From the NCBI GenBank assembly GCA_031412775.1, contig JANODQ010000741.1:1-39318 (forward strand): a stretch of 39,318 bases of DNA, written 5' to 3'. The first letter of the stretch is position 1, and each line of letters begins with the position of its first letter. The notes beneath the pieces are model-generated. The model was not told where the DNA came from, did no database searches, and was given only the letters and a program-made list of their open reading frames with translations. Below, one piece after another: positions 35,134-39,318 of the stretch. Origin of the DNA: Pirellulaceae bacterium (lineage in GTDB: Bacteria > Planctomycetota > Planctomycetia > Pirellulales > Pirellulaceae). The translations under genes were made by a program, and so were the position numbers.

Positions 35134-35189
35134 CCACAAAAAACAAGGCAAATACATTTTTATCAGCCCAGATGCGCGCCCTGTTCACA

Positions 35190-35567
35190 TTACCGCTTGA
35201 AAAGGCTCATCACTTGCGCAAGAAGCGGAAGGCTCAAGACGATAATCATCAGCCATGCCGTGTACCAGAGCCAAGTCTTTCTGTTTGTCGGAGCGTGTTC
35301 GGAGTCGTTGAATTCATCTGCAACGAACTGCTGGTAGTCGAATTTGTCCTCGGAAGCGTCGTACCCACCATGTTCAGAGGCCATGTGGGATTCGTCAGGT
35401 TCTTCTTGTCGACTCGTAAGCCCCGAGGCGGATTTCTCGGTGACCGTTTTGCCTGTGACAGATTTCGAGGGCGCCGGCGACTTACCGCAATGTCGACAAA
35501 GCTTCGCGATTGATGCGACGCGTTTTGCGCAATGGGGGCAATCCATGAATTCGAGTTGATTTGGCAC
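35190..35567 (-). CDS. Zinc-ribbon protein with a C-terminal transmembrane anchor
   Basis: CPHC-x12-CRHC near the N-terminus, an acidic linker, and the C-terminal WLWYTAWLMIIVLSLPLLAQV. Confidence 0.6.
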   Translation of the reverse strand: MPNQLEFMDCPHCAKRVASIAKLCRHCGKSPAPSKSVTGKTVTEKSASGLTSRQEEPDESHMASEHGGYDASEDKFDYQQFVADEFNDSEHAPTNRKTWLWYTAWLMIIVLSLPLLAQVMSLFKR

Positions 35568-35961
35568 CAGACTTCCTCGGCTGTTTTGGTGGGAACGTGC
35601 AAGACGAAATAGGCGACTACTTGTTTATGCTAATGGCCACTTTAGCACAACCAGAATTCGGATATCCGGTGTTCGCGTTAGCCACAAAAGCTCAGGATCT
35701 GTTACCATTCTAAAGCAAATGCATTGCGAATGATCAAAGAAGACCACCAGCAAAGTGACATATAAACTAAGTTTGTTTGGATTAAGTTCAAACCAGCTTT
35801 GTATTATAAAAGTGCGCTGCTGGGTGGAGTATATCGATCTTGTCGTTCCGCTCTAACGAACCGAACACCTTCGTATGAGCCTAAGGGTGACCTTGGTTGG
35901 GATTCTTACACAATACTTTATCATCGCCTTATTAAACAAAAATCTTGATTACGGTCGCTTA

Positions 35962-38241
35962 ATGAATCAGCCAGTTCCTGACAACACTTCTAGCAATCCC
36001 ACTAGTGCAACTTCTGGTACGCCAGTTGATACTACTCCGGTTAACAGTGCATCGGAAAAATCTTCCGATCCCTCGGGAATTCAGTCTCCTGCAACTGCGA
36101 CAACCGGTGGTTCTAGCAACGCGAAAACTGACGCCCCGCAGAATCATACAAAGACCTCGACAAGCTCGTCCGCTTGGATTCGCGAGACGGTCGAAAGTTT
36201 GGCTGTTGCGTTAATCTTGGCATTTCTTTTCCGAGCCTTCGTTGCAGAAGCCTTTGTGATTCCGACCGGATCCATGGCACCAACGTTGATGGGAGCTCAC
36301 AAAGATGCCAGTTCGACTGAAACGCGATTTGGTTATCAATGTGGTGCGAGTATGGAATTTAATACGAACACAGGCGCGAACTCGTCGATGGCTGTCGTTG
36401 GGACAATCGATCCGCTATCACGCTTCGAACAACCGGTCGATCTACGCGGAAACCAGAACGACACGACATTCTCTGGCGATCGAATCTTGGTTAGCAAATT
36501 TAGCTACCTCTGGAGCGATCCACAGCGATGGGATGTGGTAGTCTTTAAATACCCTCGCGATGCCCGTCTGAATTACATCAAACGTTGCGTGGGGATGCCT
36601 AACGAGTCCCTTCGAGTTCGTCATGGAGACATTTACACTCGGCCCAAAACTTCAGCTACGCAAACGCCCCAGGCGCAGAGCGAAGCCGAATTTTCAATCG
36701 CTCGGAAGCCGCCAAGTGTCGTTGAAGCAATGCTTCAGCCGGTCTCGGATACAAAATTTCTTCCTCACCGCGCTATCGTGGCCGGGATGCCTAGCGTGTG
36801 GCAGCCGAGTCTCGCTCCCGGGAAAGGTAATCTCGGCTTCTCATCGCCCGAAGTGACACCGGCGATGACTCCGATTGAAAACGGTTGGGTGGTGAACCAA
36901 TCGGCGTCGGCGGAAGGTTCGCAAGCCGGAGCGGTTGCTTGGTCAGCACAATTGGCAACGCCCAAAAGCGATGGCTCGTCGGCTTGGTTGCGGTATTATC
37001 ATCGAGTCCTTTCGCCGCTTCAGTGGACGAGCATTTTGGAAACCGGCAAGCTTCCGGCGGCGATGCTCCCTTATTCAAGCCGACTTATCTCGGACTTCAC
37101 GGCTTATAACGGGGCGATCAAGACCGAGCGATTCAATGTGTTTGACAAGTTCGGGAAGCTTTCCAAGGACTACTCGACTGACTGGCTTCCTAGCGATGTC
37201 TCGAACCCGGCTGCTTCATCTTACAGTCGTTATAGCAGTCGATTTGAAACCGACGGGATGCACTGGGCTCCTGATCTGGCTTGCGAATTCGACATCGATT
37301 TTCAATTGAACAGTAGGGTAAAGGAAGACAGTAGGGTAAAGGGAGACAAGCAGGTAAAAGAAGACATGACGCGTTCGACTGCGCCTTCTCGAACTTTGAC
37401 TTTGGATCTGGTTGAGGCGGGGGTCCATTATCAGTGCGTTATTGATCTCAACGATGGTAAGGCGAGACTCGCAGCCAATCGTGATGGCAAGTCGCTTTCG
37501 GTTTTTGAAGGCGAGCAGGGAGAATTTGTTGAGGCCCCGTCGGCAGCGACTTCGCTTCGGGCGAACGGTAAGCACACGGTCAAGTTTGCGAATGTGGACA
37601 ACACGTTGCACCTTTGGATAGATCGGACTTTGGTTCGATTTTCACCGAGTAACCGAATTCGAACCGATCAAGAGCAAGATTTCGAAAACCATCGCCCCCA
37701 ATCCACCGCCCAAGATCCGTTGGACGCGGCGCCCGTTGGGATTGGCCTGAGCGGTGTTGCGGCACAAGTGAGTCGAGCACGCGTTTGGCGAGACGTCTAT
37801 TACATCGCGGTCGAAGGTGAAAACTCGAACATGATCGACAACCAAAATTTTGATGCGGAACTCCTGCAGTCGGTCAGTGCGGCTGCCCTAACGGATTTTC
37901 TCAAAGCCACTTACGCAAAAACCACCACGGAGCGTTTTACCAGTCGCACAGCCGTTTTGCGGGATGCACTTTTTTCCACGCCTGAACTTTGGCAAAAAAG
38001 TCCCTTATTCAAAAATCGCGAAACGGTGCAGTTCGAGCTGGAGGACGGTCAGTTTTTCCCCATGGGCGACAACTCGGCGGCCAGTTCGGACGCGCGAGCA
38101 TGGACTCCCGACCATTTTGTTCCTCGGCGACTGCTGATTGGTCGGGCGGTCGTCGTGTTTTGGCCGCATCCTTGGATAAAGTCGATATTATCGGTCAATA
38201 TACCCATACCCAATTTCTCTCGAATAGGACTTATTAGGTAG
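35962..38241 (+). CDS. lepB: Signal peptidase I (S26) with a very large insertion between boxes D and E
   Basis: TM segment: LAVALILAFLF. Box B: IPTGSMAPTL. Box C: GDRILVSKF. Box D: YIKRCVGMPNESLRV..GDIY. Box E, about 450 aa later: FPMGDNSAASSDAR. The ATG is at 35962; the track ORF starts at 35875. Confidence 0.85.
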   Translation: MNQPVPDNTSSNPTSATSGTPVDTTPVNSASEKSSDPSGIQSPATATTGGSSNAKTDAPQNHTKTSTSSSAWIRETVESLAVALILAFLFRAFVAEAFVIPTGSMAPTLMGAHKDASSTETRFGYQCGASMEFNTNTGANSSMAVVGTIDPLSRFEQPVDLRGNQNDTTFSGDRILVSKFSYLWSDPQRWDVVVFKYPRDARLNYIKRCVGMPNESLRVRHGDIYTRPKTSATQTPQAQSEAEFSIARKPPSVVEAMLQPVSDTKFLPHRAIVAGMPSVWQPSLAPGKGNLGFSSPEVTPAMTPIENGWVVNQSASAEGSQAGAVAWSAQLATPKSDGSSAWLRYYHRVLSPLQWTSILETGKLPAAMLPYSSRLISDFTAYNGAIKTERFNVFDKFGKLSKDYSTDWLPSDVSNPAASSYSRYSSRFETDGMHWAPDLACEFDIDFQLNSRVKEDSRVKGDKQVKEDMTRSTAPSRTLTLDLVEAGVHYQCVIDLNDGKARLAANRDGKSLSVFEGEQGEFVEAPSAATSLRANGKHTVKFANVDNTLHLWIDRTLVRFSPSNRIRTDQEQDFENHRPQSTAQDPLDAAPVGIGLSGVAAQVSRARVWRDVYYIAVEGENSNMIDNQNFDAELLQSVSAAALTDFLKATYAKTTTERFTSRTAVLRDALFSTPELWQKSPLFKNRETVQFELEDGQFFPMGDNSAASSDARAWTPDHFVPRRLLIGRAVVVFWPHPWIKSILSVNIPIPNFSRIGLIR
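37312..37365 (+). repeat. In-frame 18-bp tandem repeat, three units, inside lepB
   Basis: The units are agtagggtaaaggaagac / agtagggtaaagggagac / aagcaggtaaaagaagac, encoding SRVKED-SRVKGD-KQVKED. Units 1 and 2 differ by 1 nt. Confidence 0.9.
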
Positions 38242-38327
38242 GGTTTTGCACTTGCAGCAAATTCTTCGATCGCGATACTACCGGACTTCCAAAATTTGTA
38301 CCCTCCGGTTCGACAGCGGTTCACGCG

Positions 38328-38945
38328 ATGATTGAGACACTTGAAGTAGTAAAACGAGAAGCCCAAGGTTCCTGGAATGTAGGAAAGTTGCGTGCAACTG
38401 GCTATGTCCCGGCGATTCTTTACGGTCACGGTGAAGAGAACGTTTGCTTGTCCATACGGAAAGAGGCTGTAGCCGCCCTGATTAAGCACGGTTCGAAATT
38501 GGTTTCGCTGACTGGGTCGATCAAGGACACCGCGTTACTTCGCGAAGTTCAGTGGGATACCTTCGGAAGCCACGTAATACACTTGGATTTGGCTCGTGTT
38601 TCCCAGTCTGAAACGGTCGAAGTGACACTGCCAGTTCAATTACATGGTGAAATTGCAGCGGCCGGTGGTGGCCAATTGCGTTTTGCCACTCACGAAATAA
38701 CTATTCGCTGCCCAGCGGCTTCGATCCCTGATCATTTGACGGTTGAAATAGCCGGGCTGCAATTAGGCGCGGCCATCCATGTGAGCGAAGTCAAGCTTCC
38801 TGCGGGAGCAACACCAGTGACTCTCGGCTCAGTTGTTGTAGTTCAAGTCGTTGCACCAGCTGGCTCGTCCGACGATGCTGCCGCTGTTGCGGTGGAGCCG
38901 GAATTGATTCGCAAGGAGAAGGCTGACGCGGCTGCCAAGGCCTAG
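38328..38945 (+). CDS. rplY: 50S ribosomal protein L25 / general stress protein Ctc
   Basis: GKLRATGYVPAILYGHGEENV...REVQWDTFGSHVIHLDLARV, plus a long C-terminal Ctc-type extension. It sits immediately upstream of pth, as in many bacteria. Confidence 0.9.
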   Translation: MIETLEVVKREAQGSWNVGKLRATGYVPAILYGHGEENVCLSIRKEAVAALIKHGSKLVSLTGSIKDTALLREVQWDTFGSHVIHLDLARVSQSETVEVTLPVQLHGEIAAAGGGQLRFATHEITIRCPAASIPDHLTVEIAGLQLGAAIHVSEVKLPAGATPVTLGSVVVVQVVAPAGSSDDAAAVAVEPELIRKEKADAAAKA

Positions 38946-38993
38946 TTGCCTGAGTAGTTATGTCGGGTTAGCAATGTGGAGCAGTCGTTGTCA

Positions 38994-39318
38994 ATGATTG
39001 TTGGTCTGGGGAATCCCGGGGCCAAATACGACAAAACGCGACACAATATTGGTTTTGATTGTTTATCGGAATTACACCGGCGAATGGGCTCGACACCGCT
39101 GTCGACCAAGTTCGAAGGGCAGTTTTCCAGAGGCTCGCTAAAAGGTTTGCCGGTCATTTTGTTATGGCCGCTTACCTACATGAACGCGAGCGGGCGATGT
39201 GTTAGTCAATTAGCGAGTTTTTTTAAAATTCCTAATGACCGACTCCTTGTTTTGTGCGATGATTTAAGTCTTCCGCTGGGAAAGCTGCGAGTAAGAAAGC
39301 AGGGTTCCAGTGGCGGGC
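38994..39318 (+). CDS. pth: Peptidyl-tRNA hydrolase, N-terminal part; the gene runs off the window end
   Basis: Hand translation gives MIVGLGNPGAKYDKTRHNIGFDCLSEL...YMNASGRCV...LLVLCDDLSLPLGKLRVRKQGSSGG, the canonical Pth motifs. An alternative in-frame GTG lies at 38976. Confidence 0.9.
   Translation, partial: MIVGLGNPGAKYDKTRHNIGFDCLSELHRRMGSTPLSTKFEGQFSRGSLKGLPVILLWPLTYMNASGRCVSQLASFFKIPNDRLLVLCDDLSLPLGKLRVRKQGSSGG

Noticed and set aside
35129-35689. A 13-nt perfect direct repeat, gttagccacaaaa, at 35129-35141 and 35677-35689, flanking the zinc-ribbon gene. It resembles a target-site duplication.
   Set aside because: About ten exact 13-mer coincidences are expected by chance in a 39 kb window. 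There are no terminal inverted repeats or a mobility gene between the copies.
1-39318. I looked through the intergenic regions for tRNA, tmRNA, RNase P and SRP RNA signatures, and through the window generally for CRISPR-like regularly spaced repeats and for transposase or integrase genes.
   Set aside because: I found no T-arm (GGTTCGAATCC-like) context outside coding sequence, no conserved ncRNA cores, no spaced repeat arrays, and no recognisable mobility proteins in any frame of the ORF track.

Overview
This 39.3 kb window looks like a chromosomal segment from a Planctomycetota (Pirellulales-like) genome. That placement is an inference from three things: a giant signal peptidase I, a planctomycete-type CxxCH domain, and large secreted multidomain proteins. 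GC is roughly 50% on hand-sampled lines. Most of the window is housekeeping: ilvC/ilvH, dcd, a fused hemD-hemE, nfo, hflX, trxA, folP, lepB, L25/ctc and pth. Accessory modules sit between these genes. They are a GT2 translationally coupled to an unplaced 596-aa protein; a GT4 / NodB deacetylase / O-antigen-ligase-like envelope module; and an orphan Tad module (two tandem Flp pilins, an intrinsic terminator, CpaA peptidase). There is also a DUF433/DUF5615 toxin-antitoxin pair beside an AT-rich unknown secreted gene, an orphan AAA_5 ATPase, an HNH endonuclease, and several large unknown secreted proteins. I saw no rRNA, tRNA, CRISPR array, transposase or integrase. The observations most worth follow-up are: (1) the second Flp paralog, which has ATA at the start position and Lys in place of the invariant Glu5 yet looks selectively maintained; (2) the GT2-coupled 596-aa protein, whose motifs I recall as BshC-like, close to a GT4 plus deacetylase; (3) the HemD-HemE fusion; (4) a thioredoxin-like / cytochrome c / Cu-monooxygenase-like / EF-hand fusion protein. 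All family calls come from motif recognition by eye; no searches were run.
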